Origin: Eledone cirrhosa
Taxonomy: Eukaryota
Direction: 5' to 3'
DNA length: 64,000 bases
Assembly: GCA_964016885.1 (NCBI GenBank)
Contig: OZ024741.1
Span: 1,364,001 to 1,428,000, forward strand
Shown: piece by piece, positions 28,500 to 45,099 of the stretch
Layout: each line of letters begins with the position of its first letter
How positions within the stretch are numbered: position 1 is the first letter of the stretch
Notes under the pieces: model-generated
What the model was told of the DNA's origin: nothing
Database searches by the model: none
The model's input: the letters and a program-made list of their open reading frames with translations, nothing else
Translations under genes and position numbers: made by a program

Positions 28500-31400
28500 A
28501 TTATTAAAGGTAACATCTACTACCTACGGATAGATTATTAAAGACAACATCTCCTACCTACAGATAGATTATTAAAGGTAACATCTCCTACCTACAGATA
28601 GATTATTAAAGGCAACATCTCCTACAGATAGATTATTAAAGACAACATCCCCTACCTACAGATAGATTATTAAAGGTAACATCTCCTACCTACAGATAGA
28701 TTATTAAAGGTAACATCTCCTACCTACAGATAGATTATTAAATGTAACATCTACCTACCTACAGATAGATTATAAAAGACAACATCTCCTACCTACAGAT
28801 AGATTGTTAAAGGTACCATCTACCTACAGATACATTATTAAAGGTAACATCTCCTACCTACACATAGATTATTAAAGATAACATCTACTACCTACAGTTA
28901 GATTATTAAAGGTAACATCTATCTACAGATAGATTATTAAAGGTAACATCTCCTACCTACAGATAGATTATTAAAGGTAACATCTACCTACAAATAGATT
29001 ATTAAAGGTAACATCTCCTACCTGCAGATAGATTATTAAAGGTAACATCTCCTACCTACAGATAGATTATTAAAGGTAACATCTCCTACCTACAGATAGA
29101 TTATTAAATGTAACATCTACCTACCTACAGATAGATTATAAAAGACAACATCTCCTACCTACAGATAGATTGTTAAAGGTACCATCTACCTACAGATACA
29201 TTATTAAAGGTAACATCTCCTACCTACACATAGATTATTAAAGATAACATCTACTACCTACAGTTAGATTATTAAAGGTAACATCTATCTACAGATAGAT
29301 TATTAAAGGTAACATCTCCTACCTACAGATAGATTATTAAAGGTAACATCTACCTACAAATAGATTATTAAAGGTAACATCTCCCACCTGCAGATAGATT
29401 ATTAAAGGTAACATCTCCTACCTACAGATAGATTATTAAAGGTAACATCTACCTACAGATAGATTATTAAAGGTAACATCTCCTACCTACAGATAGATCA
29501 TTAAAGGTAACATCTACCTACAGATAGATTATTAAAAGTAACATCTCCTACATACAGATAGATTATTAAAGGTAACATCTACTACCTACAGATAGATTAT
29601 TAAAGGTAACATCTCCTACCTACAGATAGATTATTAAAGGTAACATCTCCTACCTACAGATAGATTATTAAAGGTAACATCTCCTACCTACAGATAGATT
29701 ATTAAAGGTAACATCTACCTACAGATAGATTATTAAAGGTAACATCTCCTACCTACAGATAGATTATTAAAGGTAACATCTACCTACAGATAGATTATTA
29801 AAGGTAACATCTACTACCTACAGATAGATTATTAAAGGTAACATCTCCTACCTACAGATAGATTATTAAAGGTAACATCTCCTACCTACAGATAGATTAT
29901 TAAAGGTAACATCTACCTACAGATAGATTATAAAAAACAATATCTCCTACCTACAGATAGATTATTAAAGGTAACATCTACCTACAGATAGATAATTAAA
30001 GGTAACATCTACCTACAGATAGATTATTAAAGGTAACATCTACCTACAGATAGATTATTAAAGGTAACATCTACTACCTACAGATAGATTATTAAAGGTA
30101 ACATCTCCTACCTACAGATAGATTATTAAAGGTAACTTCTACCTACAGATAGATTATTAAATGTAACATCTCCTACCTACAGATAGATTATTAAAGGTAA
30201 CATCTCCTACCTACAGATAGATTATTAAAGGTAACATCTCCTACCTACAGATAGATTATTAAAGGTAACATCTCCTGCCTTACAGATAGATTATTAAAGG
30301 TAACATCTACCTACAGATAGATTATTAAAGGTAACATCTACTTACAGATAGATTATTAAAGGTAACATCTCCTACCTACAGATAGATTATTAAAGACAAC
30401 ATCTCCTACCTACAGATAGATTATTAAAGGTAACATCTACCTACAGATAGATTATTAAAGGTAACATCTCCTAATTACAGATAGATTATTAAAGACAACA
30501 TCTCCTACCTACAGATAGATTATTAAAGGTAACATCTACCTACAGATAGATGATTAAACTTAACATCTCCTACCTACAGATAGATTATTAAAGGTAACAT
30601 CTAACTACAGATAGATTATTAAAGGTAACATCTCCTACCTACAGATGGATTATTAAAGGTAACATCTCCTACCTACAGATAGATTATTAAAGGTAACATC
30701 TCCCACCTACAGATAGATTATTAAAGGTAATATCTACCTACAGATAGATTATTAAAAGTAACATCTCCTACCTACAGATAGATTATTAAAGGTAACATCT
30801 ACCTACAGATAGATTATTAAAGGTAACATCTCCTATCTACAGATAGATTATTAAAGGTAACATCTCCTACCTACAGATAGATTATTAAAGGTAACATCTC
30901 CTACCTACAGATAGATTATTAAAGGTAACATCTACCTACAGATAGATTATTAAAGACAACATCTCCTACCTACAGATAGATTATTAAAGGTAACATCTAC
31001 CTACAGATAGATTATTAAAGGTAACACCTCCTACCTACAGATAGATTATTAAAGGTAACATCTACTACCTACGGATAGATTATTAAAGACAACATCTCCT
31101 ACCTACAGATAGATTATTAAAGGTAACATCTCCTACCTACAGATAGATTATTAAAGGCAACATCTCCTACAGATAGATTATTAAAGACAACATCCCCTAC
31201 CTACAAATAGATTATTAAAGGTAACATCTCCTACCTACAGATAGATTATTAAAGGTAACATCTCCTACCTACAGATAGATTATTAAATGTAACATCTACC
31301 TACCTACAGATAGATTATAAAAGACAACATCTCCTACCTACAGATAGATTGTTAAAGGTACCATCTACCTACAGATACATTATTAAAGGTAACATCTCCT

Positions 31401-34190
31401 ACCTACACATAGATTATTAAAGATAACATCTACTACCTACAGTTAGATTATTAAAGGTAACATCTATCTACAGATAGATTATTAAAGGTAACATCTCCTA
31501 CCTACAGATAGATTATTAAAGGTAACATCTACCTACAAATAGATTATTAAAGGTAACATCTCCTACCTGCAGATAGATTATTAAAGGTAACATCTCCTAC
31601 CTACAGATAGATTATTAAAGGTAACATCTCCTACCTACAGATAGATTATTAAATGTAACATCTACCTACCTACAGATAGATTATAAAAGACAACATCTCC
31701 TACCTACAGATAGATTGTTAAAGGTACCATCTACCTACAGATACATTATTAAAGGTAACATCTCCTACCTACACATAGATTATTAAAGATAACATCTACT
31801 ACCTACAGTTAGATTATTAAAGGTAACATCTATCTACAGATAGATTATTAAAGGTAACATCTCCTACCTACAGATAGATTATTAAAGGTAACATCTACCT
31901 ACAAATAGATTATTAAAGGTAACATCTCCCACCTGCAGATAGATTATTAAAGGTAACATCTCCTACCTACAGATAGATTATTAAAGGTAACATCTACCTA
32001 CAGATAGATTATTAAAGGTAACATCTCCTACCTACAGATAGATCATTAAAGGTAACATCTACCTACAGATAGATTATTAAAAGTAACATCTCCTACATAC
32101 AGATAGATTATTAAAGGTAACATCTACTACCTACAGATAGATTATTAAAGGTAACATCTCCTACCTACAGATAGATTATTAAAGGTAACATCTCCTACCT
32201 ACAGATAGATTATTAAAGGTAACATCTCCTACCTACAGATAGATTATTAAAGGTAACATCTACCTACAGATAGATTATTAAAGGTAACATCTCCTACCTA
32301 CAGATAGATTATTAAAGGTAACATCTACCTACAGATAGATTATTAAAGGTAACATCTACTACCTACAGATAGATTATTAAAGGTAACATCTCCTACCTAC
32401 AGATAGATTATTAAAGGTAACATCTCCTACCTACAGATAGATTATTAAAGGTAACATCTACCTACAGATAGATTATAAAAAACAATATCTCCTACCTACA
32501 GATAGATTATTAAAGGTAACATCTACCTACAGATAGATAATTAAAGGTAACATCTACCTACAGATAGATTATTAAAGGTAACATCTACCTACAGATAGAT
32601 TATTAAAGGTAACATCTACTACCTACAGATAGATTATTAAAGGTAACATCTCCTACCTACAGATAGATTATTAAAGGTAACTTCTACCTACAGATAGATT
32701 ATTAAATGTAACATCTCCTACCTACAGATAGATTATTAAAGGTAACATCTCCTACCTACAGATAGATTATTAAAGGTAACATCTCCTACCTACAGATAGA
32801 TTATTAAAGGTAACATCTCCTGCCTTACAGATAGATTATTAAAGGTAACATCTACCTACAGATAGATTATTAAAGGTAACATCTACTTACAGATAGATTA
32901 TTAAAGGTAACATCTCCTACCTACAGATAGATTATTAAAGACAACATCTCCTACCTACAGATAGATTATTAAAGGTAACATCTACCTACAGATAGATTAT
33001 TAAAGGTAACATCTCCTAATTACAGATAGATTATTAAAGACAACATCTCCTACCTACAGATAGATTATTAAAGGTAACATCTACCTACAGATAGATGATT
33101 AAACTTAACATCTCCTACCTACAGATAGATTATTAAAGGTAACATCTAACTACAGATAGATTATTAAAGGTAACATCTCCTACCTACAGATGGATTATTA
33201 AAGGTAACATCTCCTACCTACAGATAGATTATTAAAGGTAACATCTCCCACCTACAGATAGATTATTAAAGGTAATATCTACCTACAGATAGATTATTAA
33301 AAGTAACATCTCCTACCTACAGATAGATTATTAAAGGTAACATCTACCTACAGATAGATTATTAAAGGTAACATCTCCTATCTACAGATAGATTATTAAA
33401 GGTAACATCTCCTACCTACAGATAGATTATTAAAGGTAACATCTCCTACCTACAGATAGATTATTAAAGGTAACATCTACCTACAGATAGATTATTAAAG
33501 ACAACATCTCCTACCTACAGATAGATTATTAAAGGTAACATCTACCTACAGATAGATTATTAAAGGTAACACCTCCTACCTACAGATAGATTATTAAAGG
33601 TAACATCTACTACCTACGGATAGATTATTAAAGACAACATCTCCTACCTACAGATAGATTATTAAAGGTAACATCTCCTACCTACAGATAGATTATTAAA
33701 GGCAACATCTCCTACAGATAGATTATTAAAGACAACATCCCCTACCTACAAATAGATTATTAAAGGTAACATCTCCTACCTACAGATAGATTATTAAAGG
33801 TAACATCTCCTACCTACAGATAGATTATTAAATGTAACATCTACCTACCTACAGATAGATTATAAAAGACAACATCTCCTACCTACAGATAGATTGTTAA
33901 AGGTACCATCTACCTACAGATACATTATTAAAGGTAACATCTCCTACCTACACATAGATTATTAAAGATAACATCTACTACCTACAGTTAGATTATTAAA
34001 GGTAACATCTATCTACAGATAGATTATTAAAGGTAACATCTCCTACCTACAGATAGATTATTAAAGGTAACATCTACCTACAAATAGATTATTAAAGGTA
34101 ACATCTCCTACCTGCAGATAGATTATTAAAGGTAACATCTCCTACCTACAGATAGATTATTAAAGGTAACATCTCCTACCTACAGATAGA
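28500..34190. repeat. 2545-bp higher-order repeat, ~2.2 copies
   Basis: GGTACC at 28812, 31357 and 33902; GATC at 29496 and 32041. Confidence 0.85.
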
Positions 34191-34879
34191 TTATTAAAGG
34201 TAACATCTACCTACAGATAGATTATTAAAGGTAACATCTACCTACAGATAGATTATTAAAGGTAACATCTCCTACCTACAGATAGATTATTAAAGGTAAC
34301 ATCTCCTACATACAGATAGATTATTAAAGGTAACACCTCCTACCTACAGATAGATTATTAAAGGTAACATCTACTACCTACGGATAGATTATTAAAGACA
34401 ACATCTCCTACCTACAGATAGATTATTAAAGGTAACATCTCCTACCTACAGATAGATTATTAAAGGCAACATCTCCTACAGATAGATTATTAAAGACAAC
34501 ATCCCCTACCTACAGATAGATTATTAAAGGTAACATCTCCTACCTACAGATAGATTATTAAAGGTAACATCTCCTACCTACAGATAGATTATTAAATGTA
34601 ACATCTACCTACCTACAGATAGATTATAAAAGACAACATCTCCTACCTACAGATAGATTGTTAAAGGTACCATCTACCTACAGATACATTATTAAAGGTA
34701 ACATCTCCTACCTACACATAGATTATTAAAGATAACATCTACTACCTACAGTTAGATTATTAAAGGTAACATCTATCTACAGATAGATTATTAAAGGTAA
34801 CATCTCCTACCTACAGATAGATTATTAAAGGTAACATCTACCTACAAATAGATTATTAAAGGTAACATCTCCTACCTGC

Positions 34880-37800
34880 AGATAGATTATTAAAGGTAAC
34901 ATCTCCTACCTACAGATAGATTATTAAAGGTAACATCTCCTACCTACAGATAGATTATTAAATGTAACATCTACCTACCTACAGATAGATTATAAAAGAC
35001 AACATCTCCTACCTACAGATAGATTGTTAAAGGTACCATCTACCTACAGATACATTATTAAAGGTAACATCTCCTACCTACACATAGATTATTAAAGATA
35101 ACATCTACTACCTACAGTTAGATTATTAAAGGTAACATCTATCTACAGATAGATTATTAAAGGTAACATCTCCTACCTACAGATAGATTATTAAAGGTAA
35201 CATCTACCTACAAATAGATTATTAAAGGTAACATCTCCCACCTGCAGATAGATTATTAAAGGTAACATCTCCTACCTACAGATAGATTATTAAAGGTAAC
35301 ATCTACCTACAGATAGATTATTAAAGGTAACATCTCCTACCTACAGATAGATCATTAAAGGTAACATCTACCTACAGATAGATTATTAAAAGTAACATCT
35401 CCTACATACAGATAGATTATTAAAGGTAACATCTACTACCTACAGATAGATTATTAAAGGTAACATCTCCTACCTACAGATAGATTATTAAAGGTAACAT
35501 CTCCTACCTACAGATAGATTATTAAAGGTAACATCTCCTACCTACAGATAGATTATTAAAGGTAACATCTACCTACAGATAGATTATTAAAGGTAACATC
35601 TCCTACCTACAGATAGATTATTAAAGGTAACATCTACCTACAGATAGATTATTAAAGGTAACATCTACTACCTACAGATAGATTATTAAAGGTAACATCT
35701 CCTACCTACAGATAGATTATTAAAGGTAACATCTCCTACCTACAGATAGATTATTAAAGGTAACATCTCCTACCTACAGATAGATTATTAAAGGTAACAT
35801 CTACCTACAGATAGATTATAAAAAACAATATCTCCTACCTACAGATAGATTATTAAAGGTAACATCTACCTACAGATAGATAATTAAAGGTAACATCTAC
35901 CTACAGATAGATTATTAAAGGTAACATCTACCTACAGATAGATTATTAAAGGTAACATCTACTACCTACAGATAGATTATTAAAGGTAACATCTCCTACC
36001 TACAGATAGATTATTAAAGGTAACATCTACCTACAGATAGATTATTAAATGTAACATCTCCTACCTACAGATAGATTATTAAAGGTAACATCTCCTACCT
36101 ACAGATAGATTATTAAAGGTAACATCTCCTACCTACAGATAGATTATTAAAGGTAACATCTCCTGCCTTACAGATAGATTATTAAAGGTAACATCTACCT
36201 ACAGATAGATTATTAAAGGTAACATCTACTTACAGATAGATTATTAAAGGTAACATCTCCTACCTACAGATAGATTATTAAAGACAACATCTCCTACCTA
36301 CAGATAGATTATTAAAGGTAACATCTACCTACAGATAGATTATTAAAGGTAACATCTCCTAATTACAGATAGATTATTAAAGACAACATCTCCTACCTAC
36401 AGATAGATTATTAAAGGTAACATCTACCTACAGATAGATGATTAAACTTAACATCTCCTACCTACAGATAGATTATTAAAGGTAACATCTAACTACAGAT
36501 AGATTATTAAAGGTAACATCTCCTACCTACAGATGGATTATTAAAGGTAACATCTCCTACCTACAGATAGATTATTAAAGGTAACATCTCCCACCTACAG
36601 ATAGATTATTAAAGGTAATATCTACCTACAGATAGATTATTAAAAGTAACATCTCCTACCTACAGATAGATTATTAAAGGTAACATCTACCTACAGATAG
36701 ATTATTAAAGGTAACATCTCCTATCTACAGATAGATTATTAAAGGTAACATCTCCTACCTACAGATAGATTATTAAAGGTAACATCTCCTACCTACAGAT
36801 AGATTATTAAAGGTAACATCTACCTACAGATAGATTATTAAAGACAACATCTCCTACCTACAGATAGATTATTAAAGGTAACATCTACCTACAGATAGAT
36901 TATTAAAGGTAACATCTCCTACCTACAGATAGATTATTAAAGGTAACATCTACCTACAGATAGATTATTAAAGACAACATCTCCTACCTACAGATAGATT
37001 ATTAAAGGTAACATCTCCTACCTACAGATAGATTATTAAAGGTAACATCTCCTACCTACAGATAGATTATTAAATGTAACATCTACCTACCTACAGATAG
37101 ATTATAAAAGACAACATCTCCTACCTACAGATAGATTGTTAAAGGTACCATCTACCTACAGATACATTATTAAAGGTAACATCTCCTACCTACACATAGA
37201 TTATTAAAGATAACATCTACTACCTACAGTTAGATTATTAAAGGTAACATCTATCTACAGATAGATTATTAAAGGTAACATCTCCTACCTACAGATAGAT
37301 TATTAAAGGTAACATCTACCTACAAATAGATTATTAAAGGTAACATCTCCCACCTGCAGATAGATTATTAAAGGTAACATCTCCTACCTACAGATAGATT
37401 ATTAAAGGTAACATCTACCTACAGATAGATTATTAAAGGTAACATCTCCTACCTACAGATAGATCATTAAAGGTAACATCTACCTACAGATAGATTATTA
37501 AAAGTAACATCTCCTACATACAGATAGATTATTAAAGGTAACATCTACTACCTACAGATAGATTATTAAAGGTAACATCTCCTACCTACAGATAGATTAT
37601 TAAAGGTAACATCTCCTACCTACAGATAGATTATTAAAGGTAACATCTCCTACATACAGATAGATTATTAAAGGTAACATCTACCTACAGATAGATTATT
37701 AAAGGTAACATCTCCTACCTACAGATAGATTATTAAAGGTAACATCTACCTACAGATAGATTATTAAAGGTAACATCTACTACCTACAGATAGATTATTA

Positions 37801-40800
37801 AAGGTAACATCTCCTACCTACAGATAGATTATTAAAGGTAACATCTCCTACCTACAGATAGATTATTAAAGGTAACATCTCCTACCTACAGATAGATTAT
37901 TAAAGGTAACATCTACCTACAGATAGATTATAAAAAACAATATCTCCTACCTACAGATAGATTATTAAAGGTAACATCTACCTACAGATAGATAATTAAA
38001 GGTAACATCTACCTACAGATAGATTATTAAAGGTAACATCTACCTACAGATAGATTATTAAAGGTAACATCTACTACCTACAGATAGATTATTAAAGGTA
38101 ACATCTCCTACCTACAGATAGATTATTAAAGGTAACTTCTACCTACAGATAGATTATTAAATGTAACATCTCCTACCTACAGATAGATTATTAAAGGTAA
38201 CATCTCCTACCTACAGATAGATTATTAAAGGTAACATCTCCTACCTACAGATAGATTATTAAAGGTAACATCTCCTGCCTTACAGATAGATTATTAAAGG
38301 TAACATCTACCTACAGATAGATTATTAAAGGTAACATCTACTTACAGATAGATTATTAAAGGTAACATCTCCTACCTACAGATAGATTATTAAAGACAAC
38401 ATCTCCTACCTACAGATAGATTATTAAAGGTAACATCTACCTACAGATAGATTATTAAAGGTAACATCTCCTAATTACAGATAGATTATTAAAGACAACA
38501 TCTCCTACCTACAGATAGATTATTAAAGGTAACATCTACCTACAGATAGATGATTAAACTTAACATCTCCTACCTACAGATAGATTATTAAAGGTAACAT
38601 CTAACTACAGATAGATTATTAAAGGTAACATCTCCTACCTACAGATGGATTATTAAAGGTAACATCTCCTACCTACAGATAGATTATTAAAGGTAACATC
38701 TCCCACCTACAGATAGATTATTAAAGGTAATATCTACCTACAGATAGATTATTAAAAGTAACATCTCCTACCTACAGATAGATTATTAAAGGTAACATCT
38801 ACCTACAGATAGATTATTAAAGGTAACATCTCCTATCTACAGATAGATTATTAAAGGTAACATCTCCTACCTACAGATAGATTATTAAAGGTAACATCTC
38901 CTACCTACAGATAGATTATTAAAGGTAACATCTACCTACAGATAGATTATTAAAGACAACATCTCCTACCTACAGATAGATTATTAAAGGTAACATCTAC
39001 CTACAGATAGATTATTAAAGGTAACATCTCCTACCTACAGATAAATTATTAAAGGTAACATCTACCTACAGATAGATTATTAAAGACAACATCTCCTACC
39101 TACAGATAGATTATTAAAGGTAACATCTCCTACCTACAGATAGATTATTAAAGGTAACATCTCCTACCTACAGATAGATTATTAAATGTAACATCTACCT
39201 ACCTACAGATAGATTATAAAAGACAACATCTCCTACCTACAGATAGATTGTTAAAGGTACCATCTACCTACAGATACATTATTAAAGGTAACATCTCCTA
39301 CCTACACATAGATTATTAAAGATAACATCTACTACCTACAGTTAGATTATTAAAGGTAACATCTATCTACAGATAGATTATTAAAGGTAACATCTCCTAC
39401 CTACAGATAGATTATTAAAGGTAACATCTACCTACAAATAGATTATTAAAGGTAACATCTCCCACCTGCAGATAGATTATTAAAGGTAACATCTCCTACC
39501 TACAGATAGATTATTAAAGGTAACATCTACCTACAGATAGATTATTAAAGGTAACATCTCCTACCTACAGATAGATCATTAAAGGTAACATCTACCTACA
39601 GATAGATTATTAAAAGTAACATCTCCTACATACAGATAGATTATTAAAGGTAACATCTACTACCTACAGATAGATTATTAAAGGTAACATCTCCTACCTA
39701 CAGATAGATTATTAAAGGTAACATCTCCTACCTACAGATAGATTATTAAAGGTAACATCTCCTACATACAGATAGATTATTAAAGGTAACATCTACCTAC
39801 AGATAGATTATTAAAGGTAACATCTCCTACCTACAGATAGATTATTAAAGGTAACATCTACCTACAGATAGATTATTAAAGGTAACATCTACTACCTACA
39901 GATAGATTATTAAAGGTAACATCTCCTACCTACAGATAGATTATTAAAGGTAACATCTCCTACCTACAGATAGATTATTAAAGGTAACATCTCCTACCTA
40001 CAGATAGATTATTAAAGGTAACATCTACCTACAGATAGATTATAAAAAACAATATCTCCTACCTACAGATAGATTATTAAAGGTAACATCTACCTACAGA
40101 TAGATAATTAAAGGTAACATCTACCTACAGATAGATTATTAAAGGTAACATCTACCTACAGATAGATTATTAAAGGTAACATCTACTACCTACAGATAGA
40201 TTATTAAAGGTAACATCTCCTACCTACAGATAGATTATTAAAGGTAACTTCTACCTACAGATAGATTATTAAATGTAACATCTCCTACCTACAGATAGAT
40301 TATTAAAGGTAACATCTCCTACCTACAGATAGATTATTAAAGGTAACATCTCCTACCTACAGATAGATTATTAAAGGTAACATCTCCTGCCTTACAGATA
40401 GATTATTAAAGGTAACATCTACCTACAGATAGATTATTAAAGGTAACATCTACTTACAGATAGATTATTAAAGGTAACATCTCCTACCTACAGATAGATT
40501 ATTAAAGACAACATCTCCTACCTACAGATAGATTATTAAAGGTAACATCTACCTACAGATAGATTATTAAAGGTAACATCTCCTAATTACAGATATATTA
40601 TTAAAGACAACATCTCCTACCTACAGATAGATTATTAAAGGTAACATCTACCTACAGATAGATGATTAAACTTAACATCTCCTACCTACAGATAGATTAT
40701 TAAAGGTAACATCTAACTACAGATAGATTATTAAAGGTAACATCTCCTACCTACAGATGGATTATTAAAGGTAACATCTCCTACCTACAGATAGATTATT

Positions 40801-41240
40801 AAAGGTAACATCTCCCAGCTACAGATAGATTATTAAAGGTAATATCTACCTACAGATAGATTATTAAAAGTAACATCTCCTACCTACAGATAGATTATTA
40901 AAGGTAACATCTACCTACAGATAGATTATTAAAGGTAACATCTCCTATCTACAGATAGATTATTAAAGGTAACATCTCCTACCTACAGATAGATTATTAA
41001 AGGTAACATCTCCTACCTACAGATAGATTATTAAAGGTAACATCTACCTACAGATAGATTATTAAAGACAACATCTCCTACCTACAGATAGATTATTAAA
41101 GGTAACATCTACCTACAGATAGATTATTAAAGGTAACATCTCCTACCTACAGATAGATTATTAAAGGTAACATCTACCTACAGATAGATTATTAAAGACA
41201 ACATCTCCTACCTACAGATAGATTATTAAAGGTAACATCT
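34880..41240. repeat. 2112-bp higher-order repeat, three copies
   Basis: GATC at 35350, 37462 and 39574; AATGTAAC at 34961 and 37073. The TATAAAAAAC and GATGATTAAACTT markers share this spacing. Confidence 0.87.
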
Positions 41241-44200
41241 ACCTAGAGATAGATTATTAAAGGTAACATCTCCTATCTACAGATAGATTATTAAAAACAA
41301 CATCTCCTACCTACAGATAGATTATTAAATATAACATCTAACTACAGATAGATTATTTAAGGTAACATCTACTACCTACAAATAGATTATTAAAGGTAAC
41401 AACTCCTACCTACAGATAGATTAGTAAAGGTAACATCTCCTACCTACAGATAGATTATTAAAGGTAACATCTACCTACAGATAGATTATTAAAGGTAACA
41501 TCTACCTACAGATAGATTATTAAAGATAACATCTCCTAACTACAGATAGATTATTAAAGGTAACATCTACCTACAGATAGATTATTAAAGGTAACAACTA
41601 CCTACAGAGAGATTATTAAAGGTAACATCTCCTACCTACAGATAGAATATTAAAGGTAACATCTACCTACAGATAGATTATTAAAGGTAACATCTCCTAC
41701 CTACATATAGATTATTAAAGGTAACATCTCCTACCTACAGATAGATTATTAAAGGTAACATCTCCTACCTACAGATAGATTATTAAAGGTAACATCTCCT
41801 ACCTACAGATAGACTATTAAAGGTAACATCTACCTACAGATAGAATATTAAAGGTAACATCTCCTACCTACAGATAGATTAATAAAAGTAACATCTACCT
41901 ACAGATAGATTATTAAAGGCAACATCTCCTACCTACAGATAGATTAATAAAAGTAACATCTCCTACCTACAGATAGATTATTAAAGGTAACATCTACCTA
42001 CAGATAGAATATTAAAGGTAACATCTCCTACCAACAGATAGATTATTAAAGGTAACATCTACCTACAGATAGGTTATTAAAGGTAACATCTACCTACAGA
42101 TAGATTATTCAAGGTAACATCTCCTACCTACAAATAGATTATTAAAGGTAACATCTCCTACCTACATATAGATTATTAAAGGTAACATCTCCTACCTACA
42201 GATAGATTATTAAAGGTAACATCTACTTACAGATAGATTATTAAAGACAACATCTCCTGCAGATAGATTATTAAAGGTAACATCTCCTACCTACAGATAG
42301 ATTATTAAAGGTAACATCTCCTACCTACAGATAGATTATTAAAGGTAACATCTCCTACCTACAGATAGATTATTAAAGGTAACATCTCCTACCTACAGAT
42401 AGATTATTAAAGGTAACATCTACCTACAGATAGATTATTAAAGGTAACATCTACCTACAGATAGATTATTAAAGGTAACATCTCCTACCTACAGATAGAT
42501 TATTAAAGGTAACATCTCCTACATACAGATAGATTATTAAAGGTAACACCTCCTACCTACAGATAGATTATTAAAGGTAACATCTACTACCTACGGATAG
42601 ATTATTAAAGACAACATCTCCTACCTACAGATAGATTATTAAAGGTAACATCTCCTACCTACAGATAGGTTATTAAAGGCAACATCTCCTACAGATAGAT
42701 TATTAAAGACAACATCCCCTACCTACAGATAGATTATTAAAGGTAACATCTCCTACCTACAGATAGATTATTAAATGTAACATCTACCTACCTACAGATA
42801 GATTATAAAAGACAACATCTCCTACCTACAGATACATTGTTAAAGGTACCATCTACCTACAGATACATTATTAAAGGTAACATCTCCTACCTACACATAG
42901 ATTATTAAAGATAACATCTACTACCTACAGTTAGATTATTAAAGGTAACATCTATCTACAGATAGATTATTAAAGGTAACATCTCCTACCTACAGATAGA
43001 TTATTAAAGGTAACATCTACCTACAAATAGATTATTAAAGGTAACATCTCCTACCTGCAGATAGATTATTAAAGGTAACATCTCCTACCTACAGATAGAT
43101 TATTAAAGGTAACATCTCCTACCTACAGATAGATTATTAAATGTAATATCTACCTACCTACAGATAGATTATAAAAGACAACATCTCCTACCTACAGATA
43201 GATTGTTAACGGTACCATCTACCTACAGATACATTATTAAAGGTAACATCTCCTACCTACACATAGATTATTAAAGATAACATCTACTACCTACAGTTAG
43301 ATTATTAAAGGTAACATCTATCTACAGATAGATTATTAAAGGTAACATCTCCTACCTACAGATAGATTATTAAAGGTAACATCTACCTACAAATAGATTA
43401 TTAAAGGTAACATCTCCCACCTGCAGATAGATTATTAAAGGTAACATCTCCTACCTACAGATAGATTATTAAAGGTAACATCTACCTACAGATAGATTAT
43501 TAAAGGTAACATCTCCTACCTACAGATAGATCATTAAAGGTAACATCTACCTACAGATAGATTATTAAAAGTAACATCTCCTACATACAGATAGATTATT
43601 AAAGGTAACATCTACTACCTACAGATAGATTATTAAAGGTAACATCTCCTACCTACAGATAGATTATTAAAGGTAACATCTCCTACCTACAGATAGATTA
43701 TTAAAGGTAACATCTCCTACCTACAGATAGATTATTAAAGGTAACATCTACCTACAGATAGATTATTAAAGGTAACATCTCCTACCTACAGATAGATTAT
43801 TAAAGGTAACATCTATCTACAGATAGATTATTAAAGGTAACATCTACTACCTACAGATAGATTATTAAAGGTAACATCTCCTACCTACAGATAGATTATT
43901 AAAGGTAACATCTCCTACCTACAGATAGATTATTAAAGGTAACATCTCCTACCTACAGATAGATTATTAAAGGTAACATCTACCTACAGATAGATTATAA
44001 AAAACAATATCTCCTACCTACAGATAGATTATTAAAGGTAACATCTACCTACAGATAGATAATTAAAGGTAACATCTACCTACAGATAGATTATTAAAGG
44101 TAACATCTACCTACAGATAGATTATTAAAGGTAACATCTACTACCTACAGATAGATTATTAAAGGTAACATCTCCTACCTACAGATAGATTATTAAAGGT

Positions 44201-45099
44201 AACTTCTACCTACAGATAGATTATTAAATGTAACATCTCCTACCTACAGATAGATTATTAAAGGTAACATCTCCTACCTACAGATAGATTATTAAAGGTA
44301 ACATCTCCTACCTACAGATAGATTATTAAAGGTAACATCTCCTGCCTTACAGATAGATTATTAAAGGTAACATCTACCTACAGATAGATTATTAAAGGTA
44401 ACATCTACTTACAGATAGATTATTAAAGGTAACATCTCCTACCTACAGATAGATTATTAAAGACAACATCTCCTACCTACAGATAGATTATTAAAGGTAA
44501 CATCTACCTACAGATAGATTATTAAAGGTAACATCTCCTAATTACAGATAGATTATTAAAGACAACATCTCCTACCTACAGATAGATTATTAAAGGTAAC
44601 ATCTACCTACAGATAGATGATTAAACTTAACATCTCCTACCTACAGATAGATTATTAAAGGTAACATCTAACTACAGATAGATTATTAAAGGTAACATCT
44701 CCTACCTACAGATGGATTATTAAAGGTAACATCTCCTACCTACAGATAGATTATTAAAGGTAACATCTCCCACCTACAGATAGATTATTAAAGGTAATAT
44801 CTACCTACAGATAGATTATTAAAAGTAACATCTCCTACCTACAGATAGATTATTAAAGGTAACATCTCCTATCTACAGATAGATTATTAAAGGTAACATC
44901 TCCTACCTACAGATAGATTATTAAAGGTAACATCTCCTACCTACAGATAGATTATTAAAGGTAACATCTACCTACAGTTAGATTATTAAAGACAACATCT
45001 CCTACCTACAGATAGATTATTAAAGGTAACATCTACCTACAGATAGATTATTAAAGGTAACATCTCCTACCTACAGATAGATTATTAAAGGTAACATCT

